Below are positions 41,694 through 49,632 of a stretch of DNA of 64,000 nt, one piece after another; position 1 is the stretch's first letter; each line of letters opens with the position of its first letter. A model generated the notes under the pieces. It did not search any database, was not told where the DNA came from, and was given only the letters and a program-made list of their open reading frames with translations. This DNA comes from Nitrosopumilus sp. (lineage in GTDB: Archaea; Thermoproteota; Nitrososphaeria; Nitrososphaerales; Nitrosopumilaceae), in the NCBI GenBank assembly GCA_965205215.1, contig OZ242041.1:1856001-1920000 (forward strand), written 5' to 3'. The translations under genes were made by a program, and so were the position numbers.

Positions 41694-42338
41694 TTTCCAT
41701 CATATTCGAGTCGGTTTTGATTCGAATTTTGCCGTCCGAACCCGTGCCTGCCATCACATAGATTCAAAGGTATCCGACTTTTAACCCTGCTGGTTGAGTT
41801 CGAATTACCCGCGATTCGATTTCTGCAAGGCATGGATCCGGCTGCGGCTAGCTTGGACGAACGGGCAGGATCGGAGGAGATGTGCGCGAAGGGCGGCAGC
41901 TGCCGTCAGTGGTAACCAGAAACAGGCGTCCCGCATGCAGGTGCATTCCGCCGCGGCCGCCGCCGACGCAGATGCGCGCAAAGAATCATAGAGCTCTATG
42001 ACACTTTGCGTGTAACCGCCGCGGCTTGTTCCTGCCGTCGTGTTGCAGGTTCTACCACAGAATGCCCCCGGACATCCCAAGCACGCCCCTGAGAACGGAC
42101 ATGACGCATGGATATGCAGGCGTATGGGACGGAGGACGCCAAGGTGGAGGCCGGACAAGGCGGACAAGAATCAAGGGGGAGGATGCAAGGACGGGCGATA
42201 AAGAGTACTGAGAACCATGACGTGTCCGTGGGGGGCCTTGGAGATCAGTCTGAAAATGACAGACAATGGCTGTCCGGCTACCGGACCGCACGCGAATCGG
42301 AGAAACGCCCCTTTTATCATATCGAGTACATGCCATGC

Positions 42339-42623
42339 ATGGTACTTTCTGAAAAGGATCCGGAAGACAAGCAGAAGATGAAGAACGGCGTGATCGGCGT
42401 GGTGGTGCTACTCGTGCTGGGCTCCCTCTCGCCGCTGATAATCGAGGAGTTCACCGACGTCGACCTGGAGACGCTGTGCGAAAAGAGCCAGAACGGCACC
42501 GACATCGAATGCCTGGAGGACGGGGGCATAAAGTCAACCGTCCTTGAGGGCCTCGGCTACGTGTCGATCATCATCGCCATCGTCGGTTTCGTCGGGTTCG
42601 TCATAGTGGGCGTCAAATATTGA
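42339..42623 (+). CDS. Small two-helix hydrophobic protein (pilin- or capsid-like architecture)
   Basis: Two hydrophobic helices joined by a short Cys-containing loop; TATA-like TTTTAT at ~42312. Confidence 0.6.
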   Translation: MVLSEKDPEDKQKMKNGVIGVVVLLVLGSLSPLIIEEFTDVDLETLCEKSQNGTDIECLEDGGIKSTVLEGLGYVSIIIAIVGFVGFVIVGVKY

Positions 42624-43042
42624 GGATGTCAAGCGCCCTTGCGTGCCTCGCGGGTGCGCTGCTCGGGATCGCGTACATCTCCGGGTGGTGGGTTCCGGCA
42701 GGCTGGGCCTGGGGCCCCGTCGTGTTCTGGCTTGCGGCCTGCGGGACGGACATGGCATATACGGTGAGATACAGCCGATTTTTATCAAAACACGAGCAGA
42801 GCCCCGTGCTCCGCTTCCTGGCAGGGCGCCTCCGCCTCGGGTTTGCCGTGCCGGCAACGCTTGCGGCCGAGTCGGCGCTCGTCGTTTTTTCGCCGTTTCT
42901 GGTCACGCACAAGTGGGATCCAAGTTTCCTCGGCATGGCGGCCGTTTTAGCAGGCATGGTGCACCTGTCAGGACTTGTCGAGAGCATGTCGTTTGTGCGC
43001 CGCATGGGCGCGGGGCCCGCCGGCCAAGGCCGGTACGCTTGA
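42620..43042 (+). CDS. Multi-TM membrane protein (DUF5658-like)
   Basis: D..YT...E.SP motif between hydrophobic helices; overlaps the previous stop. Confidence 0.55.
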   Translation: MRMSSALACLAGALLGIAYISGWWVPAGWAWGPVVFWLAACGTDMAYTVRYSRFLSKHEQSPVLRFLAGRLRLGFAVPATLAAESALVVFSPFLVTHKWDPSFLGMAAVLAGMVHLSGLVESMSFVRRMGAGPAGQGRYA

Positions 43043-43131
43043 TCAGGCCGGAAATTACCTCGTATTTCGCATGCCTGCAGAAAGACAGGCCCGCCATCCA
43101 ACCGTGGAAAAATCCGGCTTAAACGCAACCG

Positions 43132-43974
43132 GTGTCTGACATTACAATGAAGATCGGCCTCGACGTCGGCACAGGATTCGTAAAGTGTGTCTCAGACTAC
43201 GGTGCGGTGCGCTTTCCGTCCGTATACGTGAGGCGCGTCCACGGGCTGTGGACGGAAAAGGCGACGGAGGCGGTGGGCTCCAAGGCAGGCTCGCTGCTTG
43301 ACACCATGGGCGCCACCGCCATAAGCCCGATAGTCAGGGGCAGGCCGGACCCCAGATACTACAAGCAGGTGGACATGCTCCTGGCCGAGATGCTGCGCCA
43401 GATACACAAGCTGGCAAAGACCCCGGTCGATGCGGACGCAAAGCTCCGCATCGTGGTGGGCCTGCCGTACCACGCGTTTGGCTACCGCGAGTCCATGGTC
43501 AGGGTGATGCAAAAGGTGCTGAACGTGGAGACGTGCACCGTGGTCGCCCAGGCTTCGGGGACGCTGGTGGACCTAGACCTTGAGAGCGCCATAGTGGTGT
43601 CCATCGGGCAGGGGACGACGGAAATCGTGGTGATCGACGAAATGGAGGTGATAGACGGGGAGAGCTCCAGGTGGGCGTCGGATTTCGTGACAAAAAAGAT
43701 TGGCAGGTACGCCCATCTCAACGTGGACTTGCTGCACAAGAACCAGGACGTGTGCCAAAAGTACGCGAGGGTGATGGCAGAGAATTTGGCCCGCGAGGTA
43801 CGCGACATGTCCGGGCAGTACGACGACAGGTACCCCATAGCGCTTTCGGGGGGCGGCCTGCTGATCCCCGGCATGCAGGAGAGGCTGGCCGCCCGGCTAA
43901 AGGAGTTCAAGGTGGTGGTCCCAGACGACCCCGTGATGAGTAACGCAAACGGGCTCTACAAGCTGGTGGAATAG
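43132..43974 (+). CDS. ParM/StbA-family actin-like ATPase
   Basis: Phosphate-1 GLDVGTGFVK, VVGLP, connect AQASG, phosphate-2 SIGQGTTE, adenosine LSGGG, NANG. Confidence 0.85.
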   Translation: MSDITMKIGLDVGTGFVKCVSDYGAVRFPSVYVRRVHGLWTEKATEAVGSKAGSLLDTMGATAISPIVRGRPDPRYYKQVDMLLAEMLRQIHKLAKTPVDADAKLRIVVGLPYHAFGYRESMVRVMQKVLNVETCTVVAQASGTLVDLDLESAIVVSIGQGTTEIVVIDEMEVIDGESSRWASDFVTKKIGRYAHLNVDLLHKNQDVCQKYARVMAENLAREVRDMSGQYDDRYPIALSGGGLLIPGMQERLAARLKEFKVVVPDDPVMSNANGLYKLVE

Positions 43975-44135
43975 TACGCCGCCTGCAGGGCGTGTGCCGC
44001 TTATGCGGGTCGCCAAGCAGCCAGCCGCAAGGATGTAGATGCAGTTCTTCACAGGCAGTGGAATGCCCGGTGGCGCGTCGCATCCTCCGCCGTCTTGGAA
44101 GAGTATGGTTCCAGGAATATCATCATAGAACGGGG

Positions 44136-44411
44136 TCAGTCCCTGCCGTAGACGTACTTGTGATCTCCCACCACCAACAGCAGGATCATCTTTTGCCGAC
44201 TGACGACCTTGTAGATCAGCCGGTGCGAGCGCCCGATCTCATACGCAAAGTATCCCTTGAGTCGGCCCTTTTTTGGGATGCCTGCATCTGCGGGATTTTC
44301 GTATGTTGCAAGGTGTGATATGGCCTCGTCCACCCTGCCTTGCATCGGGGAAGAAAGTTTTCTATAGCTGCTGTCAAACAGGTCGGATAGCTCTACGCGC
44401 CACAAATTCAT
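44136..44411 (-). CDS. RelE/ParE-family toxin
   Basis: 91 aa; F...YRKL, KGRLKG, HRLIYKV, VGDHKYVY. Confidence 0.88.
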   Translation of the reverse strand: MNLWRVELSDLFDSSYRKLSSPMQGRVDEAISHLATYENPADAGIPKKGRLKGYFAYEIGRSHRLIYKVVSRQKMILLLVVGDHKYVYGRD

Positions 44412-44551
44412 TCGGGCCTGTGAAGATATTCTATCAGTGCTTCTGGGGTTTCAAATATTTTTGTCTTGACCTTTCCGGACTCATACTGTTCTATTGCATC
44501 CTCTTCGTTTGGCCACAGTTCGTCATCTGATGCCTGTTTCGTCTCTGACAT
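44408..44551 (-). CDS. 47-aa acidic antitoxin (not in the ORF track)
   Basis: MSETKQASDDELWPNEEDAIEQYESGKVKTKIFETPEALIEYLHRPE; ATGA overlap with the toxin. Confidence 0.78.
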   Translation of the reverse strand: MSETKQASDDELWPNEEDAIEQYESGKVKTKIFETPEALIEYLHRPE

Positions 44552-44716
44552 GTATTGCAATATTTTTAATTACTTTTAAAGATATCCACAGCGAGTCGAT
44601 TCTGCGCATTCTCCCTCCTCCCCCTGCTTCCCCCAAGTCCCGATCCGGATGCAGGCAGGGAACGCGGATGAAGCTGCGCGTCTGCGGGCTTAAAAGGAAA
44701 ATGCCGTCCTGACTGC

Positions 44717-45955
44717 ATGTCGAGGTGGCGCATCTCAAACAAAAGTATGCCCCGGGGGCAGCTGGTAGACGTCAAGAAATTCATGAGCGGCCCCGAGAGG
44801 CTGGCCGCCCGCTCGGTGACAATACCGATAGAGTCGGACCCGCAGGGGGCGGCAGGCGTCGCCGGGGGCCTGGCAGGCGATCAGATACGGAGCTTTGAGA
44901 TGTGGTGGGACGCGGCAGAGTCGAGGCTCCGGTTCGTCATCGTATCGGACGAGAGGGACGCGGACGACTTTGAGCGGGCGTTCCAGGTCATGTACCCCAA
45001 CGCGGCGTTCGGCGGCATGAGCGAGACGGTCCCCCCATGGTTTGACCGCGGGTCCGCCGAATACCGCGTGTTTGACGTGGGCACGCGCCACGGCCACTAC
45101 GCGACCGTATTTGACGGGCCGGGGGCGCGCAGCCTCATCACCGGGATGGCAAGCGCCGTCCAGTCGGCCGACCGCGCGTGGATACAGTTCGTGTTCGTGC
45201 GGTTTGACTGCACGCCGTTTCTCCGCACGCACATGGCGCGCTTGGACGGGCGGTTTGCAGAGATAAACTGGGGTGGCTACACGTCGTGGGGGGACGAGAT
45301 CACGGGAAGAAAGCCGCGTACACATCCGGAACTCGGGTACGACCTTACAAGCAACTACAAGGGCCTCAAAAAGCACGTTACGGCAAAGATGCAGGGCGCG
45401 CATATGATAATGAGCGTAAGGGGGCTGGTACGGGGCAGTGACGGCGGCAATGGCAGGGACGTCGACCTGCCGTTTGACAAGGTCTCGGCGCTGTCGGTTG
45501 ACGGCATCGACTCATCGTACGAGCACCTGGCAAAGTTCCGCTATAGATACGACAGGTTCTTCTCAGATACGAAAAAGTCACGGGTCGGGGTGCTGGGGCC
45601 GCGCGGCTCGTACGACCACAGGATATGCATGTTCGAGTCGCGGCACCTGCCGGACCCCGACAGGTATTTTGGCCGCGCCACATCCCAGTATTTCGACAAG
45701 GGGTGGTGGGGGCTCCGCGGGTACCAGGCCAGAAGACCCCTGCCGTTTCTGATCCTGAACCCAGCGGAGGTGCCGCTGTTCGTGCACCTGCCCGACCCGT
45801 CGACGCCCAACATCGACACGACGCGCAGCGTGCGCCTGCCCTCAAAGCCGTCCGAGAAGACGGGCGCGGGCGTCGGCTTTTTTGACTCGCTGGACGGTCC
45901 CGGTCAGCCCGGCCCTGCACGGGAAGACGCGGCGCGGGATGCTGGTATATCTTGA
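44717..45955 (+). CDS. Hypothetical protein coupled to the VirD4-like ATPase
   Basis: SFEMWW and LNPAEVPLFVHLP segments resemble partners/N-domains of conjugative ATPases; 4-bp overlap with the next gene. Confidence 0.6.
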   Translation: MSRWRISNKSMPRGQLVDVKKFMSGPERLAARSVTIPIESDPQGAAGVAGGLAGDQIRSFEMWWDAAESRLRFVIVSDERDADDFERAFQVMYPNAAFGGMSETVPPWFDRGSAEYRVFDVGTRHGHYATVFDGPGARSLITGMASAVQSADRAWIQFVFVRFDCTPFLRTHMARLDGRFAEINWGGYTSWGDEITGRKPRTHPELGYDLTSNYKGLKKHVTAKMQGAHMIMSVRGLVRGSDGGNGRDVDLPFDKVSALSVDGIDSSYEHLAKFRYRYDRFFSDTKKSRVGVLGPRGSYDHRICMFESRHLPDPDRYFGRATSQYFDKGWWGLRGYQARRPLPFLILNPAEVPLFVHLPDPSTPNIDTTRSVRLPSKPSEKTGAGVGFFDSLDGPGQPGPAREDAARDAGIS

Positions 45956-47910
45956 CCACAGTACGGAAGGGCAGGGAACGCCGGTGGGGCGGGATGGCAA
46001 GGTCCAAGGATATAGGCGCGGCGGTCATATCCCCCACCGACTTTGCAAACCACCTGTATGTAGTGGGCGCGTCCGGCTCCGGCAAGACCTCGCTCATCCG
46101 CCTGCTTGCAAAGCACCTGGAGGCGTGGAACCGCAACGGCACGTTCCAGAACGCGTTCATCTACGTGGACCCAAAGGGGGACGACTCCCACAAGTTCGTC
46201 AGGCAGTGCAGCCCCGACACGGTAGGTCGCGGCCTCGTGCACTTTCTGGACCCGCAAAAGACCAAATTTTCGATCAACCCGCTTGAGCTGCCCAGGTACC
46301 AGGAGCAGGAGCGCGAGGAGCTGGTGTCCCGATACGTCGGTTATTTCATGAAGACCATAGAGGAGTGGTACCAGCAGTCGGCCACGTTCGTCCAGATGGA
46401 GCGCATATTCCGCGCCCTGCTGTTCTACGTGTACATGAAGCACGACTCCCCCACGTTCCTTGACATACACGACATGATACTGAAGATGCAGGAGAGCGGG
46501 CACGACGCCCTGCCGCAGATAGCAAGCACGTTCGGGGAGCCGAATCCCGAGATGAAGCAGGCGCTCCTGAGCATAGCGGCGCTAAAGGGCGACGCGTTCG
46601 TCCCGCTGCTCAACCGCATCGAGCAGTTCGCGACCGACCCGGTGCTCAAGCGCATGTTTTCGGTCCGCAAGGGCACCGTGGACTTTGGGGAGCTGATCAA
46701 ACCCGGCATGTATACCGTGGTGCGCATATCGCCCCTGAACATGCCCCACCACGTGCAGCCTCTGGCGATGCAGGCGTTCATACTAAAGCTGTGGTTTGCC
46801 ATCCAGGAGCGCGCAAACCGCATGCTGGGGGAGGAGAGGACGCAGGTGGTGCTGGCGCTCGACGAGTTCCAGATAGTCAAGGATTTGCAGGTGCTCCAGC
46901 TGATGCTCGAGCAGGCAAGGTCGCTGGGCCTGGGGCTGGTACTGTCGCACCAGACCACCGAGCAGATATCCGACACCCAGCTCGGGCTGATCACCGGCAA
47001 CTCGGGGACGCAGCTGGTCGGCAAGGTAAACGGCAAGGACGCCACCAGGATGGCCCAGATCTGGGACCCCCAGTTCAAGCGGGAGCTTACCCAGATGCTT
47101 GCAAGCCAGGAGTACTTTCACTGGTCCATACGGGAAAAGGCGCCGCCCGGAAGGGAGCAGCCGCTGCCCGTCCAGTTCTGGCTGGGCGCGCCGCCCGAAC
47201 TGCAGGTGTCTGCCGCCGCGTACGACGAGTTCCTGGCCGCCCAGCTTGCAAAGTACGGCCGCGGCGCAGTGGAGGATACCATGGTCAGGCAGACGATCGC
47301 CGCCCGCAACAAGTGGCTTGAGAGCATAACGGTGCGGTTCCCGGCGCACATGGAGTGGAGGATAATGGTCATGCTGCTCGGAAGGCCGCTCCAGCAGACG
47401 GACATGGTGGCGCAGCTGCCCGTGTCAAACAGGTCCGAGGTGCTTGACATACTCAAAAAGATGCAGGCGGACCGGCTCGTCAGAAAGACCGATCCCGGAA
47501 ACAGGATGTCAAAGTACGAGCTGACACCGGACGCCAGGTCCGCGTATTTTGAGCCCAGGTTCGACGAGGTCGGCTCCGCCGCCGAGATCGAGGGCCTGAC
47601 GCGGCGCGTGTTTTACAGCTATCTTGAGCTGGGGATGTTCGTGGCGGTGGCGTCTCAAAAGGTGACAAAGGGCCGCGACAGGACCGACCTGGTGGCGTAC
47701 GACTATAACAACGGCACGCCCATAAGCGTGGAGATCGAGTCGGTGGTCGAGGTGCAGAGCCACCCCGAGCACGTCCGGTACAACATGGTAAAGTGGCGGG
47801 ACATGGGGTTCGGGCAGTGCCACGTGTGGTCCAAGAGCCCGAAGGCGCGGCAGATCTACGACCGCCTCTCAGACGAGGAGAAGCGCGGGGTTCTAGTTAC
47901 CGTCACTTGA
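45952..47910 (+). CDS. VirD4/TraD-like (HerA/FtsK superfamily) ATPase with C-terminal wHTH and PD-(D/E)xK-like domain
   Basis: HLYVVGASGSGKT, DPKGD, INPL, LDEFQ, ARSLGL..SHQ; C-terminal TDLVAY...SVEIES. Confidence 0.85.
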   Translation: MTTVRKGRERRWGGMARSKDIGAAVISPTDFANHLYVVGASGSGKTSLIRLLAKHLEAWNRNGTFQNAFIYVDPKGDDSHKFVRQCSPDTVGRGLVHFLDPQKTKFSINPLELPRYQEQEREELVSRYVGYFMKTIEEWYQQSATFVQMERIFRALLFYVYMKHDSPTFLDIHDMILKMQESGHDALPQIASTFGEPNPEMKQALLSIAALKGDAFVPLLNRIEQFATDPVLKRMFSVRKGTVDFGELIKPGMYTVVRISPLNMPHHVQPLAMQAFILKLWFAIQERANRMLGEERTQVVLALDEFQIVKDLQVLQLMLEQARSLGLGLVLSHQTTEQISDTQLGLITGNSGTQLVGKVNGKDATRMAQIWDPQFKRELTQMLASQEYFHWSIREKAPPGREQPLPVQFWLGAPPELQVSAAAYDEFLAAQLAKYGRGAVEDTMVRQTIAARNKWLESITVRFPAHMEWRIMVMLLGRPLQQTDMVAQLPVSNRSEVLDILKKMQADRLVRKTDPGNRMSKYELTPDARSAYFEPRFDEVGSAAEIEGLTRRVFYSYLELGMFVAVASQKVTKGRDRTDLVAYDYNNGTPISVEIESVVEVQSHPEHVRYNMVKWRDMGFGQCHVWSKSPKARQIYDRLSDEEKRGVLVTVT

Positions 47911-48214
47911 GCCTGAGGCGCTCCAGCTTGCTCTTCCCGGACGCGGCCCTTGTGCCCGCGGGCCTCTCGGACTTGGCGCCCTTTGCCATCATGTCGGTTA
48001 TGGCCCTCTTGTACGGGTCGAGGCCATCGGGGTCCGCAGCGCCGCCGCTGTCCACGACATCCGTGGGGCTGATTACGATCTTCCCGTCCGTGACCTCGAA
48101 CCTGACGCTCTGGCCGTTGCAGATCCCCGCCTTTCTTACTATGGACTGCGGGATTGTCAGTATGAAGGAGCTCCTCCTCATGTGCACCCTGCGCTCCATT
48201 ACGTCTTTTTCCAT
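47903..48214 (-). CDS. AbrB/MazE/SpoVT-family DNA-binding protein
   Basis: SFILTIPQSIVRKAGI..GQSVRFEV.DGKIVISP. Confidence 0.85.
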   Translation of the reverse strand: MEKDVMERRVHMRRSSFILTIPQSIVRKAGICNGQSVRFEVTDGKIVISPTDVVDSGGAADPDGLDPYKRAITDMMAKGAKSERPAGTRAASGKSKLERLRLK

Positions 48215-48246
48215 GACCCCAATGCCCCGGATCCACTTAAGGGGAA

Positions 48247-48515
48247 ACGCGCGCTAAGCATGTGAAGCGCGCTCGCGGCACGCGCGCTAAGCATGTGAAG
48301 CGCGCTCGCGGCACGCTGTGGCGCGCTAAGCATGTGAAGCGCGCTCGCGGCACGCGCGCTAAGCATGTGAAGCGCGCTCGCGGCACGCGCGCTAAGCATG
48401 TGAAGCGCGCTCGCGGCACGCGCGCTAAGCATGTGAAGCGCGCTCGCGGCACGCGCGCTAAGCATGTGAAGCGCGCTCGCGGCACGCGCGCTAAGCATGT
48501 GAAGCGCGCTCGCGG
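48247..48515. repeat. 8 x 33-bp tandem repeat ACGCGCGCTAAGCATGTGAAGCGCGCTCGCGGC
   Basis: Copies at 48247, 48280, 48313 (with 6-bp insertion), 48352, 48385, 48418, 48451, 48484; internal inverted repeat GCGCGCT...AGCGCGC. Confidence 0.95.
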
Positions 48516-49202
48516 GCTGATGGCATTTATCTGCTACCCCCTTCGCACATAACACAACACCTGAACGACGGCCAGCTCTTCTCCCGACACATTCCACATG
48601 GGGAGTCATCTTGGAGCGCCACGCGCTCACCCCCCCAAGCTGGCATTCATCGTGGGCGCGCCGGGGGGGCTGGTCCGCCGGCTAAATGTCGCGCGTCGTG
48701 GGGATGGGGGGTTTCCCGCGCCCTCGTCGGTTCCCTCCGAGGTCGCTCAGTTGTCCCCCTCGGCCAGCAGGCGCCCCGCGCTCAGCTGTCAATTTCTCAA
48801 ACATCTTCCAGCCCACACTCTTCCAGACGCGCGGTTGTCATTCAACACCCTCGCGCGCCGACGACCCGGATCGGGCAGGTCAACGGCGCCCCGCCAACTC
48901 GTCTTCCACATACGCGACGCGCCACCGGTATACCGCGCAGTCATTTCGCGGCATCCAACTGTCCGGATGTCCCTTTTTGGCAGACCCCTAGTTCCTTGCC
49001 CAAACTCGCCCGGAAGCACCAAAAATCACCGGTCGATCCTCCCAATGTACGCCGATCGCACTATGGCGACACGCACTTCGCGCACGGGTACGTTCTGGAT
49101 CGGATCGTTCCAACCCCGTTCCCGGCGCAGACTTCCCGAGGCATCCGTGGTCCTACCGCCGTCAGCCAGCCAGATCACGAGACGTCTCGGGCATGTCCCG
49201 CG

Positions 49203-49229
49203 GCCGCCCTGGGCTCCGCCCAGGGCGGC
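49203..49229. other. Perfect 12-bp stem / TCC loop hairpin
   Basis: GCCGCCCTGGGC-TCC-GCCCAGGGCGGC. Confidence 0.85.
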
Positions 49230-49249
49230 ATTTGCCCATCCTGTCTACC

Positions 49250-49412
49250 CAGTCGGCTCCGCCGACCCTAGGGGGGCTCCAGCACAGGCTCAGTCGGCTC
49301 CGCCGACCCTAGGGGGGCTCCAGCACAGGCTCAGTCGGCTCCGCCGACCCTAGGGGGGCTCCAGCACAGGCTCAGTCGGCTCCGCCGACCCTAGGGGGGC
49401 TCCAGCACAGGC
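49250..49412. repeat. 4 x 41-bp tandem repeat CAGTCGGCTCCGCCGACCCTAGGGGGGCTCCAGCACAGGCT
   Basis: Copies at 49250, 49291, 49332, 49373. Confidence 0.95.
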
Positions 49413-49427
49413 ATCGTCAATGTCTTC

Positions 49428-49518
49428 GACTTTGTAGACTTTGTAGACTTTGTAGACTTGGCAGGCAGGCAGGCACAAGAGTCGACAATGTTGTCGACTT
49501 TGTCGACTTTGTCGACTT
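49428..49518. repeat. Compound short repeats: (GACTTTGTA)x3, (GGCA)n, (TTGTCGACT)x3
   Basis: Read directly; includes the inverted GTCGACAA-TG-TTGTCGAC. Confidence 0.88.
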
Positions 49519-49632
49519 GAATCCACGAGGCCGGCTTTTCCACGGCGGAGTATATCCCTGATTGTACGTCAATAGGAGATCAAGCCGCTCGAACAGTACA
49601 TCCACAGGCCTGGGACAGCTCGCCCGTCACCA

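Noticed and set aside
41790-41810. att-site duplicate of tRNA-Ile (GAGTTCGAAT)
   Set aside because: Only ~11 bp match, about 100 bp from the tRNA; too short and too close to be the other att site.
48247-48515. CRISPR array (33-bp palindromic repeats)
   Set aside because: Units are head-to-tail with no unique spacers, and no cas genes are in the window.
48199-49353. ORFs crossing the repeat block (e.g. 48199-48630, 48598-49353)
   Set aside because: Translations only mirror the repeats or are Pro/Arg-rich GC read-through with no recognisable domain.
49250-49412. CRISPR array (41-bp repeats)
   Set aside because: Contiguous identical units without spacers.
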